DNA of 58,261 nt, the filler included, from Dugesia japonica (Eukaryota), in the NCBI GenBank assembly GCA_001938525.1. It is 5 parts of 5 records of this genome, joined end to end, with 100 filler letters (N's around TTAATTAATTAA, not from the genome) between each part and the next. Parts side by side here need not be neighbours in the genome. Positions count along the whole stretch, not along the records: positions 11,998 to 28,131 come from MQRL01521228.1; 4 more parts are not named here. One strand, 5' to 3'. Both the position numbers and the translations under genes were made by a program. Each line of letters begins with the position of its first letter. Position 1 is the stretch's first letter. Of the stretch, positions 11,998 through 23,960 are shown piece after piece. The notes under the pieces were generated by a model. The model saw nothing but the letters and a program-made list of their open reading frames with translations, ran no database searches and was not told the origin of the DNA.

Positions 11998-12930
11998 TGT
12001 ATAGAAATGTTGTTCAGATAAATTATCGCTCTAGTTCTTCTACCAATCACTTTTTTCATTATCTTTTGGAATGTTCCTGACACCGCCACCGTACTAAATA
12101 GCATTTTGTTATAGCAATACTGCTCTATCTGTCTTTTTCTGTGATTCAGTTTTCAATTCTTTTTGGAAAAATACATTATTCAAGTTGATTACGATAAATT
12201 ATTGCGATACACTCAAAACATTCAACATTTTTTAAATATTCTTTAGTGAAAATGCTTGACTCTCTCTTATCGCGTTCAAATTACAGTCTGATGTCCTGTT
12301 TACCTTTCATTCAACCGAAGTATTTTAATTCTTCTATTTAAATGCAATCACCTTTCATAAGGTTTTTAATTTATTGGTGTGCCTTTTGTTATGATCCTAT
12401 TTATTTATGAGTCTTTCCCACATCCTACTTATCAGGTATGAATATCTTCTCATACTCTTCACACAACTTCTTCAATATTTCATCCCCACCAAATTTTACT
12501 TTCAAAATTCTCTGTCACCTTTTTCATTTCATTGTCTTTCTTCCTAATTTAGCTTTCATGCCGGGCACACTTCCTCCAGAAATTAAAGATTTTGAATAAT
12601 TCCCTCACAATTATTTCTGGAGCCAATATTTTAGCAAAACCAAATTCAGTCATCTCGGTTTTTGTCTCCATTTGCACTTTCATCAATGACCACCTCACCA
12701 TTTCCAATGCACTATCATTTGGACATCTTGATTTCACCACACTTTCTACCAAATTTGCATTGCTTACTTTCTCCAAACAAATTTTACTCATCACATAAAT
12801 TTGCGCCTTAGTATAAAAAAACACTGTAGCTTCTTTACGTTTAAACTTTGTCTATATTCCTAGCCTCTTTTGAAATGATCGACATGGCTTAGCTAACGCC
12901 TATTCATTGTCTATTGCTCTTATTTGTTGT
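11998..12930 (-). pseudogene. Heavily decayed coding relic, possibly non-LTR retrotransposon
   Basis: Coding-like composition and a 91-codon ORF; no diagnostic motif recognised. Confidence 0.2.
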
Positions 12931-13525
12931 AAGAAAATAATTAATAATTTCAAACAATAGAAAGTTATTGAAATGATTATTAATTTTAATTATTTATTTT
13001 TACCTATATTTATTTAAATCAGTCATCTGTGTTAATTAAGAAATAAATATGTCTACAAATAATTGTTCTGATTTCCAAAATAAATTATCATTTGAAGATT
13101 ATTATTATTATTGTTATTATTATTATTATTTTTATTGTTATTATTTTTATTATTATTATGTAATTTTAACTGTCAATTGCTTATAATTCAAAAAATTTAA
13201 TAATATTTAAAACTTAAATTAATGGTTGTACCAATTGGATTGAATTTATTGTAGTGGACAATTTATCTCCACGTGTTATTTGTGGGATTGATCTTCAAAG
13301 GAAATGTAATATTGAGCTTAAAACTTAATTAAAACTTTAATTTCATGATTATCATTCCGTACTTAAAAAATCTATACACTTTATCTAAGAAACTTCTAAC
13401 ATTCTACCATTTATCAGCATCTTAAGAGTACAACACTATTTGTTCTCCTATCGAATGATTACAATCAGTTCTCTTATAGAAAGAGCCTTCTTATCGAGTA
13501 TTTTCCCTTTTTTTGTGTCTCCATT

Positions 13526-13717
13526 TGTAATTATTTCAATTAAAGTAATATTTAAATATATCGAAATTCAAATTATTGAATATTTAAAATTAAATATTCA
13601 GAATATTAAAATGAATTTGATTTATTTTAAATTAAAACTTTTAATATTGCTATTTTATTATAAATATAATTTAACTTGTTAATCATTTTATTATTTAATA
13701 TTCACATCTATATTACA
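13526..13717 (+). mobile_element. Gypsy 5' LTR (~190 nt) followed by PBS-like TGGCGTC
   Basis: TGTAAT…ATTACA ends; similar to LTR 51101-51287; TGG follows at 13718. Confidence 0.85.
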
Positions 13718-14690
13718 TGGCGTCAAATGAGCAGAAATTTATGTTTAAAGAAATGGAAGCTAAGTGGTTCAAGTTCGGATGGGATAATGAAAGCTCTGTC
13801 AATTTTCGAGAACACTTAAAAAACGTCAAAGAATTTATCAATTTATTTGATGCTTGTAAAATAATTGCAGAAGAGAGAATTACTATATTTAGCAAATATT
13901 TTGATGACAATATGATTAAGGAAAATGCGATCCAAGCTTTGAAAGTGCGAAGGTAGATATCGATTACTTGGAAAACATCCTATCAATTTACTAGATGTTA
14001 AACCATCAAAAATTAACCAAGCTATGCTAATATTTGAATTAAAGCAGTCTCGTGGGGGAGATAACAGAGTTTGCTAAGCGTATTCGTATGGAGAGCTGCT
14101 TTTTAACTGGAAAGAAAGAGGAAATCATGGTAAAAGCATTTTATTAATGGCTTGTGACATAAGAAATTGGCAAATGCACTCAAGATATTCAAACCAAAAT
14201 CATTGGAAAAAGCAGTAGAAAGTAGAAAAGATAGAATGATAAATGACTATGGAACGAATTAAAATATATTGTGTAATATACGCCAGGAGAATGAAACCAT
14301 AAAAAATTTGAAAATTGAAATAGAAAAGATAAAGAATGAAATTTCAAACTAAGAAGACACAATTACGAATCTCGCACAACAAGAAATTTAATAAAAATAG
14401 TAGTAATAATGTACAAAGTTCTGAAAAAACACAAAACTGGATAACCGTAGTAGACAAAAAAGAAGAGCATGCTTTACATGAGGTAAAAAAGCCATATAGC
14501 TAGAGACTTCAATATCAAAAAGATTTCCAGGCGTGATGGCAATCATCTTATAAACAGCTGCAAACAAACAAGCAATTTAAGATAATATCAGTAAGAAAAA
14601 GAGTAAACAACGAGAGACCAGAAAAAGAAGATTACAGCTATCAAGTGAATACGATAAGTGAAAATAAACCATCTTGGAACATTTAAAAAT
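13717..14690 (+). pseudogene. Decayed Gypsy gag
   Basis: Directly downstream of LTR; degenerate CCHC knuckle CFT*GKK-HIARD near 14468-14510. Confidence 0.75.
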
Positions 14691-14769
14691 CTACTGAATT
14701 AATTAAAACATTTAAATCGTTACTCGAAAAAAACTATGTTTTTAAAGAACACCTCAAGTTTTTCACCAC

Positions 14770-15110
14770 TCCGACGATAGCTTACAAAATACTGTAAATC
14801 TTTTACTACATCTCTCTTGCTCTCAAAAGCTTATCGCAATCTCTCTTTATATCCGTCCGCTTTCTTTAATGTTTTCACACATTCTTCCATTAGATCTTCC
14901 TCCAGCATACATGTTATCAAACGTTCTTCTTTCTTAACAATGATGTTCTTTGCCTCAAAGTATATTTCACACTGTTTAATAAACTTCTCTAGATCATCGC
15001 CTCTACAAAATATTTTTGGCAACAATCATTTTTTGATTGCGCCGGTGTTTACTGCTACCACCATGTTAGATGAGTTTTGAGAACTCGTCGGATTATCAAC
15101 ATCAGAAGTC
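14770..15110 (-). mobile_element. LTR-retrotransposon gag N-terminal fragment
   Basis: PKIFCRGDDLEKFIKQCEIYFEAK; related to 16000-16290. Confidence 0.6.
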
Positions 15111-15594
15111 GAATTCATTACAAGATTTATTTAAACAAAACTATACTTAACATTATTTGTATATTCAAACCAATTAAAATCCCGTGTTTTCATTGGTGAT
15201 CATTTTTTAAAATCTTAAATTGAAAATTAATTTAATTTTATTTATTTAACATTATTTTATTTATTTACAATTAATTTAATTTAATTTATTTAAAAACATT
15301 TTATTTATTTATTCAAAATTTAAGACAAAATTTTTGTTCATCTTAAAAATTTTATTTATTAAAAAATTTTACTTTTTTTAATTAGACTAATTTTCGTTTA
15401 CTCAAAAATTTTAATTTATAATTAAATCAAATATTTGTTATTTGAATTTGTCACAATAATTTAAATCTTTCTTTTAAAAAAATTTCAAAAATATGATCAC
15501 TAATCACACAAAATTTCAACTCGATTTCCAAAGCCCACTCATATTGATAATCAATTTTATAGAATTGCGGTATCTGAAAATGTAGATGTAATTG

Positions 15595-15945
15595 GAATTG
15601 GATTATGCTTAGCACCAGCGAAATTTCAGCGGCTTATAAATATTGCATTACGAAATGAAAATTGCAAAAAGTGCGTATTATATTTAGACCATGTTTTAAT
15701 ATTCTTTAAAACTGTAGAAGAGCACAATGAAAGATTGAATCAAATATTAAGAAGAATCAGAGAATAAATTAGCCTCAAATAAATGTAAATTTTTACAGGG
15801 AAAAATAAAATTTCTCGGACATATAATAAATAAAAATTTAATAGCAGCAGATCATGATAAGATTATGGCAAACCAGAATTCGAGATTCTACAATGTCGAA
15901 AAGAACTTCAAACATTTTAGGGTTTTCTAACTATTATAGGCAATT
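15595..15945 (+). mobile_element. Gypsy reverse transcriptase fragment
   Basis: GLCLAPAKFQRLIN…CVLYLDHVLIF…KCKFLQGKIKFLGH; closely similar to 52300-52560. Confidence 0.85.
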
Positions 15946-15999
15946 TTCATCTCCATATTACTCTCAACAACCAATTTACCAAGTCTATTACTTTTTAAA

Positions 16000-16290
16000 G
16001 TTAGTTTTGATATTTTAGCTTTTTCGCCTATAATTCAATAATTTTTTCAATCCTTAACTACGTCTTTTTCGTAACCAAATGCAATTCTTACCCTGATCAA
16101 AAATTCTTCTACTATTTTAGAATTTTTGCAAACTTTTCTAATCAATCTTTATTAACATTCATGCTGTTGATATATCTGGTTCTTTCTTTTGAGTGATGCC
16201 CTTGACTTCAAAATAAATTTCACGTCTTTTAATGAACCTCTCTAAGCCATCACAGTCAAACATTTTTACCAACAATCTTTGGGTGATTTG
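16000..16290 (-). mobile_element. Second gag N-terminal fragment
   Basis: GLERFIKRREIYFEVKGI aligns with LEKFIKQCEIYFEAKNI. Confidence 0.5.
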
Positions 16291-16685
16291 TAGGTGCTTA
16301 CCTCTACAATCATGTAAGAGGAAACGATTGTTGATGTTGGAATATTTAAATCATTATTAATAGATGTACCACGTAAAAATGGATTCAAATGTAAATTATT
16401 AGTAAATTAAAACTCTTAATTAAGCATGTTATTATGTTTTATATTTGAAACCTTTGATTAAATTGTTTACTATAAATGTTTTTTAAAATATATAAAATAT
16501 TTGTAATGTCAATTTTATATTATAACTGTAATATTTTAATATTTATATTTAAATCTTTATTTTAATCTGACAAATCCTTCTTTTCTATAATAAATTTCTT
16601 GGAAATTTTCAAAATTTATCGATTTAATATTCAAAATCAAAATTTAATAATTCAATAAATTGCCTCAAAATTACTGATAAATCAA

Positions 16686-17552
16686 ATGGCAAAAAGTAGT
16701 AGTCCTAAGAAAGATAACAAAAATAAAAGTCCTAAAAGTAAAAGTCCTAAAAATGACAGCAAAAACAAAAGCCCTAAAAAGGGAAGTGATAAAAGTTCAA
16801 AAAAAGATAAAAGTTCCAAAGTTGAGCTTACACAAATTGAAATGGATAAAGCTCCGATAACTCATGTTATTTTTGATTTAGACGGTGTCATTTTGGACAA
16901 TCGATATTTTATGGACATTTTTATCAAAAAATTAATGCATCCTTATGATATCCATTTACCACTTTCAGTGAAACTAAAAATAAAAGATAAAAAATTAGAA
17001 ACCATTGCTAAAATTATTATCAAAGAGTTTAGTATACCAATTTCTAATGAGGAATTCATGTATTGTTATAAAAAGTGGACGCCTGACATTTTAAAAAATG
17101 AGGAATTATTACCTGGAGTAAGTCGTTTAGTTATGTACTTTCAAAAGCATCATGTACCCATGGCAGTAATAACAGATTTTTCACAAGAAAACTATGAAAG
17201 TAAAAAGTGTCGCCATAAGCTAATTTTTGATAAATTTTGTCATGTAGTTTGTTATGGGTCTGATGAAGAAGCAAGAAAAAATAAGCCGGATCCATTTATT
17301 TATGAACTAGCAGCATCAAGATTTACTGATAATAAACCAAATGGTCCGTATAATATACTAGTGTTTGAAGATACCATAGATGGTGTAGATGCTGCACTCA
17401 CAGCTGGAATGAAAGTTGTATGGGTACCTGATGCAATAACTGATGCATCGTTAAAAGATTTTAATAAAAATTTAATGGTTATCAAAAATTTGGAATGTTT
17501 TCAACCAGAACTATGGCGTATGCCAGTTTTCAGTGATTTATACAGTGTTTAG
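16686..17552 (+). CDS. HAD-superfamily phosphatase, HDHD1/PUDP (pseudouridine-5'-phosphatase)/GS1-like, with Ser/Lys-rich N-terminal extension
   Basis: Intact 288-aa ORF; VIFDLDG (motif I), KPDP (III), VFED…G…AAxxAGM (IV), C-terminal FQPELWRMP; no introns. Confidence 0.9.
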   Translation: MAKSSSPKKDNKNKSPKSKSPKNDSKNKSPKKGSDKSSKKDKSSKVELTQIEMDKAPITHVIFDLDGVILDNRYFMDIFIKKLMHPYDIHLPLSVKLKIKDKKLETIAKIIIKEFSIPISNEEFMYCYKKWTPDILKNEELLPGVSRLVMYFQKHHVPMAVITDFSQENYESKKCRHKLIFDKFCHVVCYGSDEEARKNKPDPFIYELAASRFTDNKPNGPYNILVFEDTIDGVDAALTAGMKVVWVPDAITDASLKDFNKNLMVIKNLECFQPELWRMPVFSDLYSV

Positions 17553-17788
17553 ATTTATGTTATTTTTAAAAAGTCTCTCTACAACAGAGTTTGTATAAAG
17601 GAAAGTAATAATGATTCATTAGTCATTATTTGAATTTCAATTATTTATTTTTCTAAAATTGAAACACTAAACTTTTAGTTACAAATTACCGAAAATTTAC
17701 TAGAAACCAAAACATTCTATTATATTTACATTAAAAATGCACCAAAGGTTCTAATTCATTGGCTAATGAGTAAAATTAAAACTACAAA

Positions 17789-18413
17789 TATCCCCCGATT
17801 TACACTGAAGATAAGTTTCTTAGAAAATTGTGTAAATCGAAATCGTAGATTTCTATACGTAAAACCGTGTAAATCGTATAAAAATTAAAGTGTGCATAAT
17901 TCAGCCATTTTTTTTACGTAAAATAAAACTAAATATATCTTAAAAACTTATAAATAACGGTGTTTTCATAAATTTACAAAATATCACTTGAGTTTTACAA
18001 TTACAATTATTGCGAGAATAATTGTTGAACTTAACCATTGATCGCATTTGAGATTTTATTGAAATAATAGCTTCAATCAAATTAAATTGTTGTTTTAAAA
18101 ATATTTGAATTTTTTACTAGTGTCTTGTTTGAATTTAATTTAAATTTGATTAAAATAATAAATTTATAATATAAAACAAACAATTTTGTAAAGGATTTCT
18201 AATATTAATTAAATCTATCAAAAAGTTATATTCTTGAAAAGGATAAAATCGAAAATTCGAATAACAACCACAAAAAGAAATAAAACAACATTTTGATCGC
18301 AGCTATTATTTAAATGAAATCTCAAATGCGATCGATGGTTAAGTACAACAAATATTCTCGTAATAATTGTAATTTTAAATCTCAAATTTTAAAACTTGTG
18401 TAAATCGGAGGAT
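17789..18413. mobile_element. Non-autonomous TIR element containing a MITE with ~95-nt inverted arms (17988-18081 / 18292-18385)
   Basis: Arms are near reverse complements; outer CCGATTTACAC…GTGTAAATCGG pair; another arm copy at ~37241-37302. Confidence 0.75.
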
Positions 18414-18818
18414 AGGTATTTTTATGTTTCAGTACGTAAAATTTATAATTGTAGTGACATTTTAGTGAACTTAGTTTGTTACTACCAATTCAAATAAACT
18501 GAAATTTTTGGCAAATAAATAAATTATCAATTTATAGAAGGATTAAATATCAAATTTGATTAATTTTTAAAATTTTGGTCTCCTAAAAACTTCAGGATCA
18601 ATTTTTATGCATCAGCACAATTGAATCCAAGAACCTTTACAATTTTTACTAACACTTATTAGTTAATTATTTTGGTACTTTTATTTTGATCTATTATAAA
18701 GGTTCTGTAATTATGTCATAAATGTGTCATTTACAATTTACTTCAGATATTATTTCGATTCTAGTCTGAAATAAAGATTTTATTTCTTTAGTAAATAGGT
18801 AAATCTGCTTCTTACTAT

Positions 18819-21800
18819 TGTTGGGTTTCTAGGATGTTTGATGTTAGAAAATTATTCTTCCTCTTTCATATTCTCACTTTCATGTTTTATAATCCATTTT
18901 GTAATCTAGAGGCATACCTAAAAACCTCAAGTGTTTATGACACCTTTATGTCACCCGTCTTTCCACGGGTCTAGCTCAACTTTATGGTATCGCGTCTTAC
19001 ATTCTCATTTCATGCACCACATCGCTAACCTGCTTAGTATTGACTTCTTTTAGGCAACAAACAAATTGTTATAATGACCATGTAGAGTCGTAACACATTA
19101 ATTTGAACACATGTTTCAAATATTTTATTTGCTATACACATAACCGTAGCATCATCGGCTTAACCGTCAGTCATCTAAATCCACGGGTTTGTCCTGAGCA
19201 TCCATCTTCTCTTCTGGCGATCGATAATTTAATTACAAGGTTAGGAGTGCTGTAAGCATTGTGGCCTCGCGATCGGCAGAGGTTTTGATTACATCTGCCA
19301 TCAGGCAAGTTGCAAAGCCAATTCTTTTTCTTAAAGTTGTTGGGATTTTTAGGCATTCTTTAATACCTGCCCCTTCAAACGGAGCACTTCATTCCTTAAT
19401 TCGCGTCACTCCTCTTTCCTGTGGTTCTGTGCATTTATCAACTTTTTTCTGTGCATCGTTTCTTCGTTACTTTTACTCACTAAAATGTATGAACAGATTA
19501 TAATAATTAAACTTCTGTTGGAGTGAAACACCCAGTCGGTAAAGAAAATCAAAACCACAAGAAAAGTAATTGAGAACAACCAGTATGGCTGAATTAATAA
19601 AAAGATAAAAAAATATACAAAGGAGATGGAGATGAAGATTTTGGGTCAACAAATCTGACCACATCAATTACAATAATTAAAAGAAATTATGAAATTAAAA
19701 ATAAAAGGCAAGAAAAGCATTACTGGAAAATAATTAATTATCAGGAAACATTAATTTATTTTAAATAAAAAATAAGTTAAAATTAGACAAAAAATTAGTT
19801 TTTTACGATTATCTTGGCCCAGAGGAATCAGAGAAACTCGTTGTAAGAAAATCTGAGAGGAAAGTGTATTAGAGTAATGGAATTTTGGCAGTTGAAAACC
19901 TTAACATTATCAGGAGGACCCTTACAGGAACGTGAAGATTGGACCAATAAAGGCCAAGAAAATAAAAATAAAACAAAGAAATGACAATCACATGTCACTC
20001 CAAAAATAGATGCCAATAAGAGTTCTACAACTCTGTAAAAAATTCAGAAAATTGGCACTAACGCCAATGAAAATTAAGAGATCTAAACTAAAAATAACCG
20101 ACCAACAAGAACATAGTCGGGTTGGATCGAGAAACCATATAAAAGGACACGAAAAATTAGCCTAAAAACAACAATTTTCATAGATTTTAAGTGTTGAAAA
20201 AACCATCCATTAATCAACTAGTAGAAAACTATTGGCTACTCGTTTAACTATTGAAGTGTCTACTATTAAATTCAAAGAGGAATTATTTGAGTATTAATTG
20301 GAAAAGATCAAGGTAAAAAAATCTAATAACCATATCTAATAATATAATGGAATTAATTGTTAAAAAAAAATAAAAACAGGAATCATTCACCAACTCTAAT
20401 TTGAATCCTTATATTGGCATTTCAGAACACCTGTTGCAGAATTTTGATTTTCACTAGTAAGTAATGTGTTCTAATCATGTTATTGTTATATATTTAATTA
20501 GTTGTTAATTAATAAATCTATCAATGTATGTTTATATTTGATAAATTTAATTCAAGTTTATGAATATAATTAATGTAGACGGTAAACAAATTCTAAATTG
20601 GTATTTTACCTACTCGTTAGCAGCCTCTCTATTACTCGCAATGCCTGTTCTTTCTGATACCCATTTATAAAAAAGAGAAATCGCTGATCTTAACTTCTAG
20701 TCACACTAAACACAACTACCGCCCAGATATGATGAATTCTTTTTAGTGAGCATTAAACTCCGCAAAAATCAATAACTCGGATTTACTATCTAACTAAGTA
20801 GTATGTGTGTATACAAATAACTAACCAATGAGTCACTCCAGGGAAGATGATGACATCAGTTGGTGTTAGCATAAAATTCACATTAGTCAGCACTTCTGTC
20901 ACTTGCCATACCATAATCCAGTTAATAATGGAACTAATCTAAATATCCGTGTCGTAAATTAAAATTCTATCTAAATGAAATTTTTCTACTAAATAACAGA
21001 TGTTGGATTATGCTGACTTCTACTAATAGATCCCCACTTTTGTGATCATGTAAATCATCGTTTTTTCTCATATCCAAATCAGACCATATCAATAACCAAC
21101 CATTGTGATCCTTACGAAATTTCTAGACACTAATGAACTTCATCTTGGATTACGTTCCAGTTATGTTGCTGAGATGCAAGTAATGTGTGAGGAATCCCAA
21201 ATTGGAATTATTTCAGTTAACCCTTTCTGTTTGGGTTAATGTTATATTAATAAAAGAAGTTTCAACCTCTAAATTTGATTTTTAATGCATGGGTAATTAT
21301 TAAATTTAACCATAATTATAATTAGGGCAGTTTTATTGTTTGATTTAATTCGAAAAGTACCATCCATTTAAGAACACTTAGTCCACTAATTTATTTATGT
21401 GTTTGAATGCCAAGCTTTTTATCAGTGTAACGGCCCCGATCGCACCCAAGAAGTACTGCATCGTGTTACCACCATAGATTCAGTGACCAATCAAATTAAT
21501 AGTGCATGGCAGCACGGTCCGGCATTGGTACCTGTGTCAGGCACCCACCTACCACGGAATACTAGGGTCACCATAGACATAGGTAACACCTTATGGGAGT
21601 TAAGGAACCTCGCTAGTGGAGGAGAATCAGAAAACAACGTGCTGAACCCTGATATATAAAGACAAAATTTTTTCTTTGGATTATTCATTGTTTAATATCT
21701 ATAATAAATGTGTTAAGGAATTTTAACTTCCTTTTCTCTTAACTGTTAAAGTTCACCTATTTGGATTCTGTAATTTGATTATTCGGTCTATTTAGCTGGT

Positions 21801-22992
21801 TCTCCTTAGTTGAAAAATTAAAATTAAATACCAATTTTTATAATAAATATTTTGTAGTGCATTCATCACTGAACCGAACTACAACTCCAACCAAAAAGAT
21901 GAAGGATACCAGTGAGGACCAAGAAATGACTTGGGACCTCTACCCCCTCGCTAAACATCGCTGGGAAGCGGAGATGGCCACCGCGAATAGTAAAGTTATT
22001 CGGTACAAGAAGAGATGTATCGCCTTTAAAAAGGAAGCCGAAGCCTTCCACATGCAAGAACGTGTATGGAAAAAACAAGTCGAGTCCTTCGCGGAAATTA
22101 TCCGGTCCCACCATGACCGAGAGAATAAATTAGTTAGTGACATCTTGCATCTCAAAGAGAAAATGCCTCTCGAACCTTTGATGATAAAGAAGAGCACTCA
22201 AACCCCACGGCCGTAGTTATCTTTGTTCATACCACCCTGTGAATAAACATTTCTTCCTGTTATTATGATTTTGTGTTCGCTCATCTAAAATATGAAAATA
22301 AAATTGTCGTCGTCCGGGTTTCGGACTAATCTAGTTCATTATTATGTTATCTTTAATATTTCACTCTTTTTAGTGCCACGTATTCAATTGCCCCGTAGCC
22401 TGAGACGGTGTCACTGACTAATCCAGAAACTTCTGCTCGAAAGACACCTTTAGCGCTAATCCGAGCGTGCTTTACTTCATCATTTAGCACAACGTAATAA
22501 ACTGATAAAGCGTTTGGACGTGATTGTGAAGAAACAAAATGACTTAGCTGAGAGCACGAAACAACTTCTACTGCACAAAATTGAATTCTCAAAGCACTAA
22601 ATTGCCAACCTGTCGCGCCAGTTGGGTAATGCTGCATACCTCAACTGGGATGATAATGAAGATTCACTGTTGTTCGACTTTATCCCAGAAGAGCCGACTA
22701 AGTGGTTAGACCCGGGTGCTCTAGATGGCATGTGATTTAAAAACAATATAATGTATTATTAATCTGGTGCTTAATTTTTTTTTGTGGTATTTTAAAATAA
22801 TAAGGAAATTATTGCGAACCCGAACCATAGGTGTATGAGTGTGAACCTCGCATGAAGTTGAAGGTCAACCGCTCTACACTGAATATCTAATCTTGGGACA
22901 TTAGATTAAATTCTTGAAAGGGATCCCCTGAGGGCCATGTTTTCCCCGGCCAGTTTTTCCGTTTTATCATCAACTCAGGTGAAACCCCAATA
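18819..22992 (+). mobile_element. Unclassified ~4.2-kb multi-ORF repeat element (copy A)
   Basis: Collinear similarity blocks with 28480-31221 and 48780-49170; TGTTGGGTTTC…GAAACCCCAATA ends; flanks CTAT/CTAC. The 5' boundary is tentative. Confidence 0.55.
21858..22216 (+). CDS. Terminal exon of an element-encoded coiled-coil protein
   Basis: TTTGTAG acceptor, open to TAG; homologous over its length to 48840-49169. Confidence 0.6.
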
Positions 22993-23283
22993 CTACATTA
23001 GAATGTTTTGAAAATTAATTTCTCAGAAAAATAGAATAACAAATAAACTAAATTTCTTAAAATGCACTAGAGAATTTTGAAATTTAAATTCTTTGAAAAA
23101 TTATTTCTATTATTGCGTGACAAAACAATTAAATATGGTTACGCAATATAGTACTGCCTCTGCAGTTTATTCATAATTCGAATTATACAGACAACTGAAA
23201 TTGAAACTTAGTGACATACATATCACAATATCTTAATCGAACAAAAAACACTCTTTATAGATTATTAACAGCGATTTATCTTT

Positions 23284-23960
23284 CTAATCAACGTTTAGAT
23301 TTATCAACCGGGCGACATTCAAATACATGAATTTTTGCATTAATTTCAACTCCTCGGCTTCTTCATCCATCTTGATGGCATTGGAAATAGATAGTACATC
23401 GGTTGCTTTCAAAGTACTGCCGGACAACTCCTCTTTTAGTTTTCTTATTTTTCCTCGTAAGATTCTTGTACCCGATCTTACTGGCACTCGAGTGCTCATA
23501 GATTAGTATTCTTAACTGCCAATTGTGGCTGGGCCGATTCTAAATCTGCTTCTAGGTTCTGAATCTCCGCAGTGCTATATCCCCTTTTCTTGGCTATCAT
23601 GACTTGTACCTCTGCTTATTCGATGTAGTATCGACCCTGCTCGTCAATATACGGTCAGGTGTAGTGAAGCCTCCTTCTTCTTGTTCCCTTGAAGCTATTC
23701 ATCTAGTAAATGCAAAATAAGGTAAATATCATGAATAATATTACAATGAAAATTTAAAAATAATAAAATTAATATACGAAACCCCCAATCATAGCTAATT
23801 TTTAACGATTTTTTGGCTTGTGACCCTAGCACGGCTTCGTCCTCGCTTCTGTAACACGATCAGAGAAAATGACCACTTATAGCAGCCATTTTTTCTTGTC
23901 TCTGCTAGTGCAAAGCTCTAGCAAGAATTTCTCAATGATTTCCTTTTTCCGTAACACAAT
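23284..23960 (-). pseudogene. Decayed, probably spliced coiled-coil ORF of unknown origin
   Basis: GC-richer island; EIQNLEADLESAQPQLAVK… with stops; acceptor-like TTTACTAG near 23703. Confidence 0.3.

Noticed and set aside
19095-19165. Second hammerhead-like motif on the minus strand
   Set aside because: Core reads CCGAUGA and GAAA does not follow the putative stem II.
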